Assembly (NCBI RefSeq): GCF_001194135.2
Contig: NC_068998.1
Location: 43,192,856 to 43,256,855, forward strand
Direction of reading: 5' to 3'
Length of the DNA: 64,000 nt
Origin: Octopus bimaculoides
Taxonomy: Eukaryota
Under the pieces are notes generated by a model that did not search any database, was not told where the DNA came from, and saw only the letters and a list, made by a program, of their open reading frames with translations. This document shows positions 25,178-38,366 of this stretch, piece after piece. Every line of letters begins with the position of its first letter. Positions within the stretch are counted from its first letter, which is position 1. A program made the translations under genes and the position numbers.

Positions 25178-25485
25178 AATCAAACATACATACACACACA
25201 CACATACATACACAATCAAACATACATGCAGACACACACACACGTGCACGGTCAATCAAACAAACACACATGCATGCACACACACACACAATCAAACACA
25301 AACACACACACACAAAAACACACACGCACAAAGACACATACACAAGAGACACAATCAAACATACATACACACACAAGCACACACACACAATCAAACACAG
25401 TCATACACACACACAAAAACACTCACATGCACAATCAAACACACACACAAACACTCACACACACACACACACACATGCACATATA
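25147..25485. repeat. (CA)n-derived higher-order tandem repeat
   Basis: The motif CAATCAAAC recurs about 7 times at 30-60 bp intervals within CA-rich sequence. Confidence 0.8.
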
Positions 25486-27120
25486 AATAAGGCCATCATT
25501 GTATGTCTGACTTCCATGTTAGTTTGGCTTGTACATGGCTTCTACTCTTTCACAGATTCCTCTATTCACAGTTTCCTTTACAATAAGCAATCTACAAGAT
25601 ACGGAACCATGTCAAAGGCCATCCCTAGGTTGATAAATTCTTAGATTATGACACATATCTCTGCTAAGTACTTCTCCAGTAGTTGACTCATTAGTAAGAT
25701 AACACCAGTAGACTGACTTCCTGCTCTAAACTGCATGGCATAATTTCTTCAGTTGGATGCCCTTATGATTTCTACAGCTGGATGCCCAACCATTCTACTA
25801 CTAGGTCTGGTAGTGTGCTTATTTGGTGACAACAGCACTAGCAAGGTCACCTAGTAACTTGCAAGAAAAGATGGTGAATATATATATGTATATATATTTA
25901 AGGTGTATTCCGTTGCTTAATTTAAATCGTGTATTTGTGGATCTATGTTGTATCGAAACGTGTGTAGTGTTTGCTAAATAGTTGTCTAAATTAATCATTC
26001 TTGACTCTATTTATTCAATTTTTTCATATANNNNNNNNNNNNNNNNNNNNNNNNNNNNNNNNNNNNNNNNNNNNNNNNNNNNNNNNNNNNNNNNNNNNNN
26101 NNNNNNNNNNNNNNNNNNNNNNNNNNNNNNNNNNNNNNNNNNNNNNNNNNNNNNNNNNNNNNNNNNNNNNNNNNNNNNNNNNNNNNNNNNNNNNNNNNNN
26201 NNNNNNNNNNNNNNNNNNNNNNNNNNNNNNNNNNNNNNNNNNNNNNNNNNNNNNNNNNNNNNNNNNNNNNNNNNNNNNNNNNNNNNNNNNNNNNNNNNNN
26301 NNNNNNNNNNNNNNNNNNNNNNNNNNNNNNNNNNNNNNNNNNNNNNNNNNNNNNNNNNNNNNNNNNNNNNNNNNNNNNNNNNNNNNNNNNNNNNNNNNNN
26401 NNNNNNNNNNNNNNNNNNNNNNNNNNNNNNNNNNNNNNNNNNNNNNNNNNNNNNNNNNNNNNNNNNNNNNNNNNNNNNNNNNNNNNNNNNNNNNNNNNNN
26501 NNNNNNNNNNNNNNNNNNNNNNNNNNNNNNNNNNNNNNNNNNNNNNNNNNNNNNNNNNNNNNNNNNNNNNNNNNNNNNNNNNNNNNNNNNNNNNNNNNNN
26601 NNNNNNNNNNNNNNNNNNNNNNNNNNNNNNNNNNNNNNNNNNNNNNNNNNNNNNNNNNNNNNNNNNNNNNNNNNNNNNNNNNNNNNNNNNNNNNNNNNNN
26701 NNNNNNNNNNNNNNNNNNNNNNNNNNNNNNNNNNNNNNNNNNNNNNNNNNNNNNNNNNNNNNNNNNNNNNNNNNNNNNNNNNNNNNNNNNNNNNNNNNNN
26801 NNNNNNNNNNNNNNNNNNNNNNNNNNNNNNNNNNNNNNNNNNNNNNNNNNNNNNNNNNNNNNNNNNNNNNNNNNNNNNNNNNNNNNNNNNNNNNNNNNNN
26901 NNNNNNNNNNNNNNNNNNNNNNNNNNNNNNNNNNNNNNNNNNNNNNNNNNNNNNNNNNNNNNNNNNNNNNNNNNNNNNNNNNNNNNNNNNNNNNNNNNNN
27001 NNNNNNNNNGTATAAACACACAGTTCATTTTGAACACAGCATCTCACCTGGCTTGGTGAAACATACATAGATATATATACATACATATAAACAAACACAC
27101 ATACATACATACATACATAG

Positions 27121-27420
27121 GAGCACTCTGTTCGTTATGACGATGAGGGTCCCAGCTGATACGATCAATGGAAGAACTTGCTCATGAAATTAATGTACAA
27201 GTGGCTGAGCACTCCACAGACACAGGGAGATTCAGTGTGACACAGAGTATGACAAGGCTGGCCCTTTGAAATACAGATACTACTCATTTTTGCCAGCTGA
27301 GTGGACTGGAGCAACGTGAAATAAAGTGTCTTGCTCAAGGACACAACGCGTCACTGAGAATTGAACTCATGACCTTATGACCATGATCTGAATGCCCTAA
27401 CCACTAAGCTACACACCTTC
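27121..27420 (-). mobile_element. tRNA-derived SINE family C
   Basis: Minus strand: GAAGGTGTGTAGCTTAGTGGTTAGGGCATT...GAGTTCAATTC...TTGTGTCCTTGAGCAAGACACTTTATTTCACGTTGCTCCAGTCCACTCAGCTGG; related copies at about 27625-27755, 56570-56740 and 60210-60450. Confidence 0.85.
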
Positions 27421-27785
27421 ACATACATACATACATACAGACAGACACACACACATATATATGTATAATGTACATATATGTATATGATAATTTTTGTTTC
27501 ATGTTCAGTTATAATAAAAACAATTTCACATTAATCTGATTAATTTGTGTAGACACAAGCTCACTCCCTCCATCAGATCGACATTACCTGTACAGGTGCA
27601 ACAGGTGCCATATGTCAGATGAGGAAATTATTGCAGAGCAATGGGAAATGACGTGTTTTGCTCAAGAACATAGCACAACACCCAGTCTGGGATTCGAGCC
27701 CACTGTCTTGCAATTGTGAGTGGAACACTCTAATCATTAAGCCACGTGCCTTCACTACACACACACACATATATATATATCTATG

Positions 27786-27942
27786 AATGGCTGTGTGGTA
27801 AGTAACTTGCTTACCAACCACATGGTTCCAGGTTCATTCCCACTGCATGGCACCTTGAGCAAGCATCTTCTGCTATAGCCTCGGGCTGACCAAAGCCTTG
27901 TGAGTGGATTAGGTAGACAGAAACTGAAAGAAGCCTGTCGTA
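27786..27942 (+). mobile_element. SINE family A, 5' half running into (TA)n and gap
   Basis: TGGCTGTGTGGTAAGTAACTTGCTTACCAACCACATGGTTCC...GAAAGAAGCCTGTCG(TA)n. Confidence 0.88.
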
Positions 27943-27948
27943 TATATG

Positions 27949-27982
<34 letters not shown>

Positions 27983-28387
27983 NNNNNNNNNNNNNNNNNN
28001 NNNNNNNNNNNNNNNNNNNNNNNNNNNNNNNNNNNNNNNNNNNNNNNNNNNNNNNNNNNNNNNNNNNNNNNNNNNNNNNNNNNNNNNNNNNNNNNNNNNN
28101 NNNNNNNNNNNNNNNNNNNNNNNNNNNNNNNNNNNNNNNNNNNNNNNNNNNNNNNNNNNNNNNNNNNNNNNNNNNNNNNNNNNNNNNNNNNNNNNNNNNN
28201 NNNNNNNNNNNNNNNNNNNNNNNNNNNNNNNNNNNNNNNNNNNNNNNNNNNNNNNNNNNNNNNNNNNNNNNNNNNNNNNNNNNNNNNNNNNNNNNNNNNN
28301 NNNNNNNNNNNNNNNNNNNNNNNNNNNNNNNNNNNNNNNNNNNNNNNNNNNNNNNNNNNNNNNNNNNNNNNNNNNNNNNNNNNNNNN

Positions 28388-28434
<47 letters not shown>

Positions 28435-29371
28435 TATAGTGTGTGTGTTTGTGTTTGTATACATTTGTATTTAACATATTAATGGCTATAAGAATCTTTT
28501 TATCATATTTATTCTTTCTCTGTGTCTAACAGAGGAATAACTGTTTGATTTTGAAAATATTGCTGTTATCATGTAACATTCGAAACATATTTTCATAGGA
28601 CTTTCTATAACAACTATATATCATACTTTATAAAGAGAAGACTTGTGATTTATTATTCAGTTTAATAAGTATCACACATGGAACTCTCAGCGCTTGAGCT
28701 TATTCTGTAGGTTTATGTGTATGAAAGAATATACAGATGCTTTACTTGCTCTGCATTGAGTTCTGTAGCTTCAGTTTGCAGAAGTGAATCTATATATATC
28801 TTATGTGTATATGAGCTTGTGTCTCTGTGTGTGTATGTATTTTTATGTGTGTATATGCAAATTACTCAAGGCCATAAATGTTCTCCACTCTTCTTAAATC
28901 TTAAGTCTTATGTCTGGCTGCAGTTGATGTTGGACATCTTCAGTACAAATGATGCCTGGTTAGTGAGCAGAAGCCTGTGTCCACAGCTGTTCTTCTGTTG
29001 TTGTCTCCAGAAGAAACAGACACTTTTGTTTGTTTAATAGCATATCAATTCTGGTAAATAATTCTTGGTCCTACCTCCTCATTCAGTATCAGTCGCAGTT
29101 GCCATCAGGCGTTTGGTTACTTGCCAAAGTACAGACGATGATCATCAAAACCACCACCATTTCCACAGCCATCACCACCATCATCATCGTTTAATGTTTT
29201 ATCAGTTTCCCATGCTGGCATGGGTTAGACAGTTTAATTGGCGATGGTAAGTCAGGGAGCTCCACTATGCTCCACTTGGTTTTTTGCATGGTTTCTATGC
29301 CTGGATGCCCTTACTAATGCTAACCACTCCACAGAGTATGCTGGATGCCTGTTATGTGTCACTGAGAAAGA

Positions 29372-29650
29372 CATCATCATCATCGGTTAACGTCCACTTT
29401 CCATGCTAGCATGGGTTGGACAATTTGACTAAGGACTGGTGAACCAGATGGCTACATCAGGCTCCAATCTGATTTGGCAGAGTTTCTACAGCTGGATGCC
29501 CTTCCTAACGCCAACCACTCAGAGTGCAGTGGGTGCTTTTACATGCCACCGACACGAAGGCCTGTCAGGCGGTACTGGCAACGGCCACTCTCAAAATGAT
29601 GTATTTTATGTGCCACCTGCACAGGAGCCAGCCCAGCGGCACTGGCAATG
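29372..29650 (-). mobile_element. Retroposon 3' end with (ATG)n tail (RTE-like)
   Basis: (CAT)n CGTTTAACGTCC.CTTTCCATGCTAGCATGGGTTGGAC...GGATGCCCTTCCTAACGCCAACC; related pieces at 29160-29330, 38995-39090, 58810-58980 and 25750-25860. Confidence 0.75.
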
Positions 29651-30522
29651 ATCAGTCTATATAAATTAAGCATTCATCTTGTATGGTATTTATTTTATAG
29701 ATATATAACTACACATATATATGTATACAGATACACACATGCATATATACATATACATGCTGAGAGAGAGACACACAGACAGACAATGAATTACTTTAAA
29801 TACAAGAGCATTCCACACCTATGGTTTCTCTGCAATCATGCTGAACACCAAACAGTAAAAATCGGAACAATACTAGAAGGTGTGCAAAGGTTAGTAACTC
29901 TGCCCCTTCCAATTGACAAAATAACCATACATAAAGTAAAGGTAATCTATTGATACAAATCTGGTTCAGACGGATGACATTGGACAAGAATAGTGATAAA
30001 GATTGAACTAATGTCCATTTGGTCAGTAGTCAATAGTAAAAATATTTTATTCTGTTGGTTTTAATGCTCCAGCTGGTTCTTACATTCTTCTATTTTATAC
30101 AAGTAAAATTTGAAACCTAATAAGTCTTATTTCATTGTTTAGGCACTATAGCAAATTTCTTAGTTCTATATTTTGAGATCAGACCAACTTGGCAAAACCT
30201 CAGCTTTTACGATCTGTTTTTGACAAGAATCAAGAATTTATATGAATTTAAGTTTTCATTCACCATCATCGTCGGTATATAATGCCCACTTTTCCAAGCT
30301 CGCATGGGTTGAATGGAATTTGTTGATAGGAATTTCTAATGGCATGATGCCACTCCTGCCACCAGCCCTCACCTGTTTGAAAGTAAGGTAATATTTCCCC
30401 ATGACTAGGTGTGTTTTCACAGAAGATTGGAAATGAAGGATGCTGATTGTATGACTGTGATGCTTGTTTACGACTATTACATGGAGACACAGACAAGCAC
30501 ACATACATACACAGATGCACAT

Positions 30523-30556
<34 letters not shown>

Positions 30557-30560
<4 letters not shown>

Positions 30561-30722
30561 TCAGATGAATTAGGTACTTATGTTGAGGCACCAGAATTTA
30601 GTACGGTATTATCCATACAATTTCAAAATAAGGTGATTAAAGAATATCCAACAAGGATATCCAGAGGTAATGCAGTACAGTTGTTTCATGCAGCTCCATT
30701 TAATTGAACAATGCAATCATTA
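30557..30722. repeat. Interspersed repeat, second copy at 36972-37140
   Basis: Near-identical GGCACCAGAATTTAGTACGGTATTATCCA...CAACAAGGATATCCAGAGGTAATGCAG...CTCCATTTAATTGAACAATG in both copies. Confidence 0.85.
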
Positions 30723-31137
30723 CATCAATTTAAATGCACACTATTCCTCAGCTGCATAAAGACATAGAATTAAATTAAATTAAAACAGATGGACACATTA
30801 GTATAATTTTACCTGAAACTTCCAAGAAGGTAAGGAGATAGNNNNNNNNNNNNNNNNNNNNNNNNNNNNNNNNNNNNNNNNNNNNNNNNNNNNNNNNNNN
30901 NNNNNNNNNNNNNNNNNNNNNNNNNNNNNNNNNNNNNNNNNNNNNNNNNNNNNNNNNNNNNNNNNNNNNNNNNNNNNNNNNNNNNNNNNNNNNNNNNNNN
31001 NNNNNNNNNNNNNNNNNNNNNNNNNNNNNNNNNNNNNNNNNNNNNNNNNNNNNNNNNNNNNNNNNNNNNNNNNNNNNNNNNNNNNNNNNNNNNNNNNNNN
31101 NNNNNNNNNNNNNNNNNNNNNNNNNNNNNNNNNNNNN

Positions 31138-31176
<39 letters not shown>

Positions 31177-31179
31177 AAA

Positions 31180-31325
31180 GACAGGTTTGTTTCAGTTTCC
31201 ATCTACCACATCCACTCACAAGACTGTGGCTGACCCAGAGCTGTAGTAGAAGACACTTGCCCAAGATGTCATAATTAAGATTGAACCTGGAACCATATGG
31301 TTGGGAAGCAGGCTTTACACACACA
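31180..31325 (-). mobile_element. SINE family A, 5' half
   Basis: TTTCAGTTTCCATCTACCA.ATCCACTCACAAG...GAAGACACTTGCCCAAG; adjacent to (TA)n and a gap. Confidence 0.8.
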
Positions 31326-33766
31326 TTACTGTTGGCTTGATCTTAGAATTTGAGTTTACATGTACTATATTGATGACATATAAATTCTATTAATTTGCAG
31401 GTTTTCACTTATATGCAGTAAAATCATAAGCAATCAACTTGAAAATATAGTTTCTTGTAGAATAGAAAAAGATATTCTAATTTAGAGATATTAACCACAA
31501 CAATTAATGAAAGTGAGATAGATTGTTAAGTGAAAACCTCAATTGGAAATTGAATCTATATTTCAGATTCAACTTTGAAGGATTTCATTGCTAACTCTCA
31601 TGTTATGGCACTTTAATCATAATTATAAGCACTTGTAGTCTAAAAGAAACCAATATTAACCAGCAGTTAAGCTGGCAGAATTGTTACTGCATCAGACAAA
31701 ATGGTTAGTGACATTTATTTTGACTTTGTGCTCTGAGTTCAAATGCATTGAGAGACACAGCAGGAATGACCAAAAGAGAAAAGAGATGTGGATGAAGGAA
31801 GCATAGGTTGAGGAAATATATTGTTAGGCTTTTTTACAGAACAGCAAAGAACACTGTAGTATGAATAAAAAAGCCACAAAGAGGAAAATTATGTCTGTGA
31901 GTCTTTAACCAGAGTTTTTTATGGAGAATGAATCTCTGTCAGTCAGATGAATAAACCATATGCTGGATTCAATCAAGTAAAATCAATAGATATTTTTATA
32001 CAGTAATGGAAAAGTGGAGAACTAAATATTTTTCTTCACAACATTCAGTCTGATGCCAAAGGATTCTGAGATCGAATCAGATTGATATTGCTTCAGGTCA
32101 GTTTGATTTGATATCGATCAAACTCCTTTTGTTTTAGCATTTTAATTGTTCAGTCAAAGAAGGTATTAAAATATTTGTGAAAGAATACAAAAGATTGTAA
32201 TAAAGATAGACAAAAAAAAAAAAANNNNNNNNNNNNNNNNNNNNNNNNNNNNNNNNNNNNNNNNNNNNNNNNNNNNNNNNNNNNNNNNNNNNNNNNNNNN
32301 NNNNNNNNNNNNNNNNNNNNNNNNNNNNNNNNNNNNNNNNNNNNNNNNNNNNNNNNNNNNNNNNNNNNNNNNNNNNNNNNNNNNNNNNNNNNNNNNNNNN
32401 NNNNNNNNNNNNNNNNNNNNNNNNNNNNNNNNNNNNNNNNNNNNNNNNNNNNNNNNNNNNNNNNNNNNNNNNNNNNNNNNNNNNNNNNNNNNNATATATA
32501 TATATATATATATTCACATGTACAAACATAAATATATATATATATATATTCGCATATACATATATATTTGCATATATACCTATGTTCACATATACTCATA
32601 TATGGGTGTGTGTGTGTGTTTGTATACGTGTGTGTGTATATGTTTATACACAAACACACACACTCATATATATAAAACAATGGTATTTAGTTTAGTAGTA
32701 GTGGATAAGCTTCATATATATATATATATATATGTGTGTGAGAGTGTGTTTGAATGTGTTTCAGGAAAGTATTGGGGTAACTGACAGGTGCTGCTATTAG
32801 TTTCTTCAAAAGTCTGGACATAAACACTAAAATGCATCATATTTTCACACACACACACGTACACATTATATAGGTAATATTTATCCTCATTTAAAAGTGT
32901 GATGTTGTGTTAGAACAAAGAATACTGCAGTAGTTACTGCTTGAGAACCTCTGATATTGGCTTTCGGTGAGTAAAAGCATTCTTGTTTATATCGCTAGCA
33001 GGGAGATAAATCACTGACCACCACCTGTTCCAAGACCATGTGTGTGTTTATTTATGCATATATATACGTGTGTGTGTGTGTGTGTATAAATATATATATC
33101 AGCAATAATTATAACAATATAAGACATGGAGACTGGTTCATACCCAAAATCTATTTCCCCTTATTTCACAATTTCATGCTCCATATTTTTATGGTCTTTA
33201 TGACCTTCCCAACGAGAGGAACCTACAGAGTGACTGACAACTCATAGTAGTCATAGATGTTAAATACTGATTGATGCAGTTAGCCATAATCTGGAACATA
33301 TCTGAGAGCCGTCATGGTATCTGTCCGGACGACATAACCCTCCAAATTCACTCATACACACACATTTATTTATTTCTCTGTGTGCTTGCGTGAATGTATG
33401 CACAAACATACTTAGCATATCATGTAAGCATATACTCACACATACATACAGACATTCTATATTTGTTCACTTTAATCTAAATTGGTGTGCGTATAAATGC
33501 ATACACTGATATATGCTGCATAAGTGTGTATTTCTAGGTCTCTTTTATATATTTCTGTGATTCTTTAATCAGTTATAATTGGAGCAAGCAATGCTTGGTT
33601 TAGATAGAAGTCAGATCTGAAATCTGTTTTATTGCCGTCATTTCATGGCCTTTAATAAAATTGCATATTGACATATCACACAGGAATTCCTTGTTATTAA
33701 CCCTTTTACCATTTATAATCCTGAGCTTGTGAGTGTACTTGCATGAGTATCTGTTACATATATCTA

Positions 33767-33941
33767 CCATATTTTAACGTGTGTAAGGAACATTCATGTA
33801 TAAGAAACCCCCTAATTTTGGGGCTTAGAATTTGGAAAAAGGTATTGTAAGGGATTATAATACTATCCCTGTATAAGAAACTCCCATATTTTTTATCGTA
33901 ATTTTTCATAAAAAGGGTTCCTTATATACGTTAATATACAG
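33767..33941. mobile_element. Short pogo/Tc1-type MITE
   Basis: TA|CCATATTTTAACGTGTGTAAGGAAC ... GTTCCTTATATACGTTAATATACAG|TA imperfect TIRs; internal duplicated GTATAAGAAAC. Confidence 0.7.
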
Positions 33942-33961
33942 TAAATATTTATTTATTATGC

Positions 33962-34125
33962 ATAGGCGCAGGAGTGGCTTTGTGGTAAGTAGCTTGCTTA
34001 CCAACCACATGGTTCCAGGTTCAGTCCCACTACGTGGCACCTTGGGCAAGTGTCTTCTACTATAGCCTCGAGCCAACCAAAGCCTTGTGAGTGGATTTGG
34101 TAGATGGAAACTGAAAGAAGCCCAT
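33962..34125 (+). mobile_element. SINE family A, 5' half
   Basis: GGCGCAGGAGTGGCTTTGTGGTAAG (A-box-like) ... GGTTCAGTCCC (B-box-like) ... CCTTGGGCAAGTG. Confidence 0.9.
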
Positions 34126-34497
34126 GATATTATATGCAGACACACAACAAACACGTGCATATCTATGTTTGTATATATTCACACATATATTCTGAAAACT
34201 GCTGAGCTATGAGTGGTAATGGTTTTAGCATTTCGTTTGTCCACAAATCACACACTGATTCTGCATTTCAAAGTCATGTGAAATAAAAAAAAATTTCTTA
34301 ATTGCAAAAAAAAACAAAAAACAAAAAGAAAACAGTGCAGGATTTAACATGGAGTGCATCTAGCTCTAAAACAAAGCCCCAGTATTACATTCACCTAATG
34401 CAAGTTAATATGGATGTATTTATAAAAAAATGTGCATGTTTACGGATATATATATATAGATATATATATATATATATATATGTATATACGTATATAC

Positions 34498-34533
<36 letters not shown>

Positions 34534-35327
34534 ATACATACATATATATAAACATACATACATATAAAAAGATATAGATATAGTTATTATTTATATGTAT
34601 ATAAGTATATATATGTGCATATATATCTATATTATATGTATAAGATTTCTATAGATATGTAGGTATGTGTGTGTGTATAAGTGCATATGTGTATGTGTGT
34701 GTGTATATATACATACAAATGTGTGTGCCCACACGCACAGAGCAAGAGACAGATGCATGCCCATACAATTTACTCCACTCACTTTTTCTCTAAGCACGTT
34801 CATATGAAATGAATACACAGGCACACCATCAGCACATCACTATGACAATGAATAAATTTCAGGTCACCACAAACATGTATGGCTTCAAATGTTTGTTCAT
34901 CTATTTATGTTCATGCCATAACTGATATCACAGCATGCAGTCTTTGATGGAACATTGATGGATATAGCATAGCAATTCTTTCCTATTGATTCTCGTTTCA
35001 TTGAAAATTTCTACCTGAAACACAAACTCCTTTTCCCATAATGACATAAACCTTAACACATGGAAGGATGAAAGCAGTTATAAAGTTGCAAATATTTTTC
35101 CAGTGGTTATCTCCACATCAATCTATTTATTAGTTGTTTATTCTATAAATTTAATATTTTTATAACCTCTTTTATTTTTGCTGCACTTCTATGCCGATAT
35201 GAATTACGGAGTCATAAGCGTTGTGGTAATAATCATTTGATTTTCCGAAATATTCGGTAAAAGATTTTCATTAATGTTTTGTATCTGCTTTCATTTAAAG
35301 ATAGGGTACTGCTGTGTGCTGATTTAC

Positions 35328-35383
35328 CTCTTCAAACCACTCAAAGAAAATGCCGGAGGCCGGATTTCTTTCTCTGCCTTGAT
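35328..35383 (-). CDS. 56-nt candidate exon (xQGRERNPASGIFFEWFEE, phase 1 to 0)
   Basis: tttcattatttttgttcag|ATCAAGGC...GGTTTGAAGAG|gtaaat; strong splice sites, locally GC-richer with CpGs, protein-like open frame. A second frame (IKAEKEIRPPAFSLSGLK) is also open. Confidence 0.55.
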
Positions 35384-35736
35384 CTGAACAAAAATAATGA
35401 AATTCACATGACTTTGTGGTCTTGTGTGGTGAGCCTCACACAACAGCATCATTCTTCTCCTCAACGAATTCCAACGGCTAAAACAATCATAACTTTAAAC
35501 ATAGGCATAAAATGCCTGCCATTGGCTATAATGGATTCTATTGTTACATATATGTCAGAAGGTTATTGTATGTTATACTGTTAACCTTAAATGTGTAGAC
35601 AGAAATGAGACAAACATGAACACAAACACACTTGCATGCATATCTGCATGCAAATATACATCAACAGCTAATGCATGTTCATGTGTCTGTGTTTGTCTCT
35701 TCTTCTATGTTGTCTTCTTTTTGTACTCACTGTCTA

Positions 35737-35768
<32 letters not shown>

Positions 35769-35821
35769 TTGTATGTAAATGGTGGAGTTGTGTTAACCGC
35801 ATGTGGAGAAATAATACGAAA

Positions 35822-35853
<32 letters not shown>

Positions 35854-35897
35854 GGCAGAATGCTAAACTGAAAGCATATTTTAATATAGATGTGCAT

Positions 35898-36401
35898 AAG
35901 GAGGATTAAAAAGGATTTCTAACTGGCTTTCATTGCATGGCAAATTTTCAAGAAGAGGGGAAATGAAAATAATGTTTCTTACAAAAATATATAAAAAAAT
36001 AAATATACCAATACTTTATATTGTCTTTGAGTTTTTAAAGTTCAATGGTAATCCATGTAGATAATTGTCAGATAGATTAGGATGCATGGAATTAAGAATC
36101 GTGTTCTGTTTAAAAAAGGCTGAGAGTTTATGTGTTAAACAGGAAGTGTGGTGTCAAAACAGGAAGTGTATGTAAGGGAAGACAATTCTGTGTGTTTTAT
36201 ACCCTAACCCACAGAATTGTCTTCCCTTACACACACTTCCTGTTTTGACACCACACTTCTTGTTTAACACATAAACTCCCAGCCTTTTTTACACACAACA
36301 CCGTTCTTAATTACATGTCTCCTAATCTTTCTAACAATTATCTACATGGATTACCATTGAACTTTAAAAACCCAAAGACAATATAATGTACAGGTATATT
36401 T
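35898..36401. mobile_element. Long fold-back (palindromic) element with collapsed spacer
   Basis: 36001-36192 and 36210-36401 are imperfect inverted repeats with a ~17-nt loop; the left arm continues to about 35898, matching the reverse complement of 23340-23464. Confidence 0.9.
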
Positions 36402-37261
36402 GTTTTTTTTAATTAAAAATTTTTTTATGTATGTATATATATATATATATATATNNNNNNNNNNNNNNNNNNNNNNNNNNNNNNNNNNNNNNNNNNNNNN
36501 NNNNNNNNNNNNNNNNNNNNNNNNNNNNNNNNNNNNNNNNNNNNNNNNNNNNNNNNNNNNNNNNNNNNNNNNNNNNNNNNNNNNNNNNNNNNNNNNNNNN
36601 NNNNNNNNNNNNNNNNNNNNNNNNNNNNNNNNNNNNNNNNNNNNNNNNNNNNNNNNNNNNNNNNNNNNNNNNNNNNNNNNNNNNNNNNNNNNNNNNNNNN
36701 NNNNNNNNNNNNNNNNNNNNNNNNNNNNNNNNNNNNNNNNNNNNNNNNNNNNNNNNNNNNNNNNNNNNNNNNNNNNNNNNNNNNNNNNNNNNNNNNNNNN
36801 NNNNNNNNNNNNNNNNNNNNNNNNNNNNNNNNNNNNNNNNNNNNNNNNNNNNNNNNNNNNNNNNNNNNNNNNNNNNNNNNNNNNNNNNNNNNNNNNNNNN
36901 NNNNNNNNNNNNNNNNNNNNNTATATATATATATATATGTTTGTATATATAGATGAGTTCAGCAAAAATTTAGATTCAGGTGAATATGGTACTTAAGTTT
37001 AGGCACCAGAATTTAGTACGGTATTATCCAATACAATTTCAATGTAAGGTGATTAAAATCAAAATAAGCAACAAGGATATCCAGAGGTAATGCAGCACGA
37101 TTGTTTCATGCAACTCCATTTAATTGAACAATGTAATCCTTATCTATGTATATCTCTCTCTCCCTCTCTTTCTCCTTCGGAGAGAGGCACATACGCAGAC
37201 ATATACACATGCGGCAGTAACTTCCGCCTACCAAATTCAATCACAAAGCTTCGGTCAGCCA

Positions 37262-37299
<38 letters not shown>

Positions 37300-38351
37300 G
37301 AAGGTTGAAAAGTAACACATGAATTGATGTATATAAGGAAAATAAGACAAGGTAGAAAATGCTAAAATAATTTTCTCATGGAAAACATTTTAGTACCGGT
37401 TTCGGTCTTTGCGACTTTTTCAACTTAGAGTAAAGCATGAACAACAATTAAATTGTAAATAAATTAAATGAAATGTTTTTTTAAAATATTTCCATGGTTT
37501 TCAAATACGCAGGNNNNNNNNNNNNNNNNNNNNNNNNNNNNNNNNNNNNNNNNNNNNNNNNNNNNNNNNNNNNNNNNNNNNNNNNNNNNNNNNNNNNNNN
37601 NNNNNNNNNNNNNNNNNNNNNNNNNNNNNNNNNNNNNNNNNNNNNNNNNNNNNNNNNNNNNNNNNNNNNNNNNNNNNNNNNNNNNNNNNNNNNNNNNNNN
37701 NNNNNNNNNNNNNNNNNNNNNNNNNNNNNNNNNNNNNNNNNNNNNNNNNNNNNNNNNNNNNNNNNNNNNNNNNNNNNNNNNNNNNNNNNNNNNNNNNNNN
37801 NNNNNNNNNNNNNNNNNNNNNNNNNNNNNNNNNNNNNNNNNNNNNNNNNNNNNNNNNNNNNNNNNNNNNNNNNNNNNNNNNNNNNNNNNNNNNNNNNNNN
37901 NNNNNNNNNNNNNNNNNNNNNNTATATATATATGTATATATATATATTTTATTTTATTTTATTTTATTTTATATTGTATATTGTATATCATATTATATAT
38001 TGTATATTCCATATTCTATACCCCACATTAGTTCTGCAGGAATATAAATAAAAAAACAGACAGTGTTGGAACTCTTTTAAGCAAAATAATATATTCCTCT
38101 ATACACAATCATACAAAAAAACCCACCTTTTTTGTATTTATTTTTACTCGCATATATATATATATATATATATAAAGAGAAAGAGAGTGGGAGAGAGAGT
38201 ATTAAAAGCTATCTTTTTCCCGATCTGCTTTGTTGTGGCATTCATTGTATGTTTGAACGGGTACATGAGTAAAATTGTATTTCTCTCTCTGTCTTGAGGC
38301 AGCCAAACACTTTTAGTGTAGACATGTAGATCTAACTTATAACATCCATAC

Positions 38352-38366
38352 CATTCTCAAAGGTAT
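38352..38366 (-). CDS. 15-nt candidate microexon (xTFEN, phase 1 to 1)
   Basis: tttctcttcatttacattacag|ATACCTTTGAGAATG|gtatgg; in phase with the 56-nt exon (G+AT = Asp). Confidence 0.45.

Noticed and set aside
25066-25644. 192-aa His/Thr-rich ORF and similar HT/YI/CV/NNN/SL-rich ORFs (e.g. 6143-6541, 53066-53533, 54201-54560, 49806-51131)
   Set aside because: They are translations of simple repeats with no independent coding signal.
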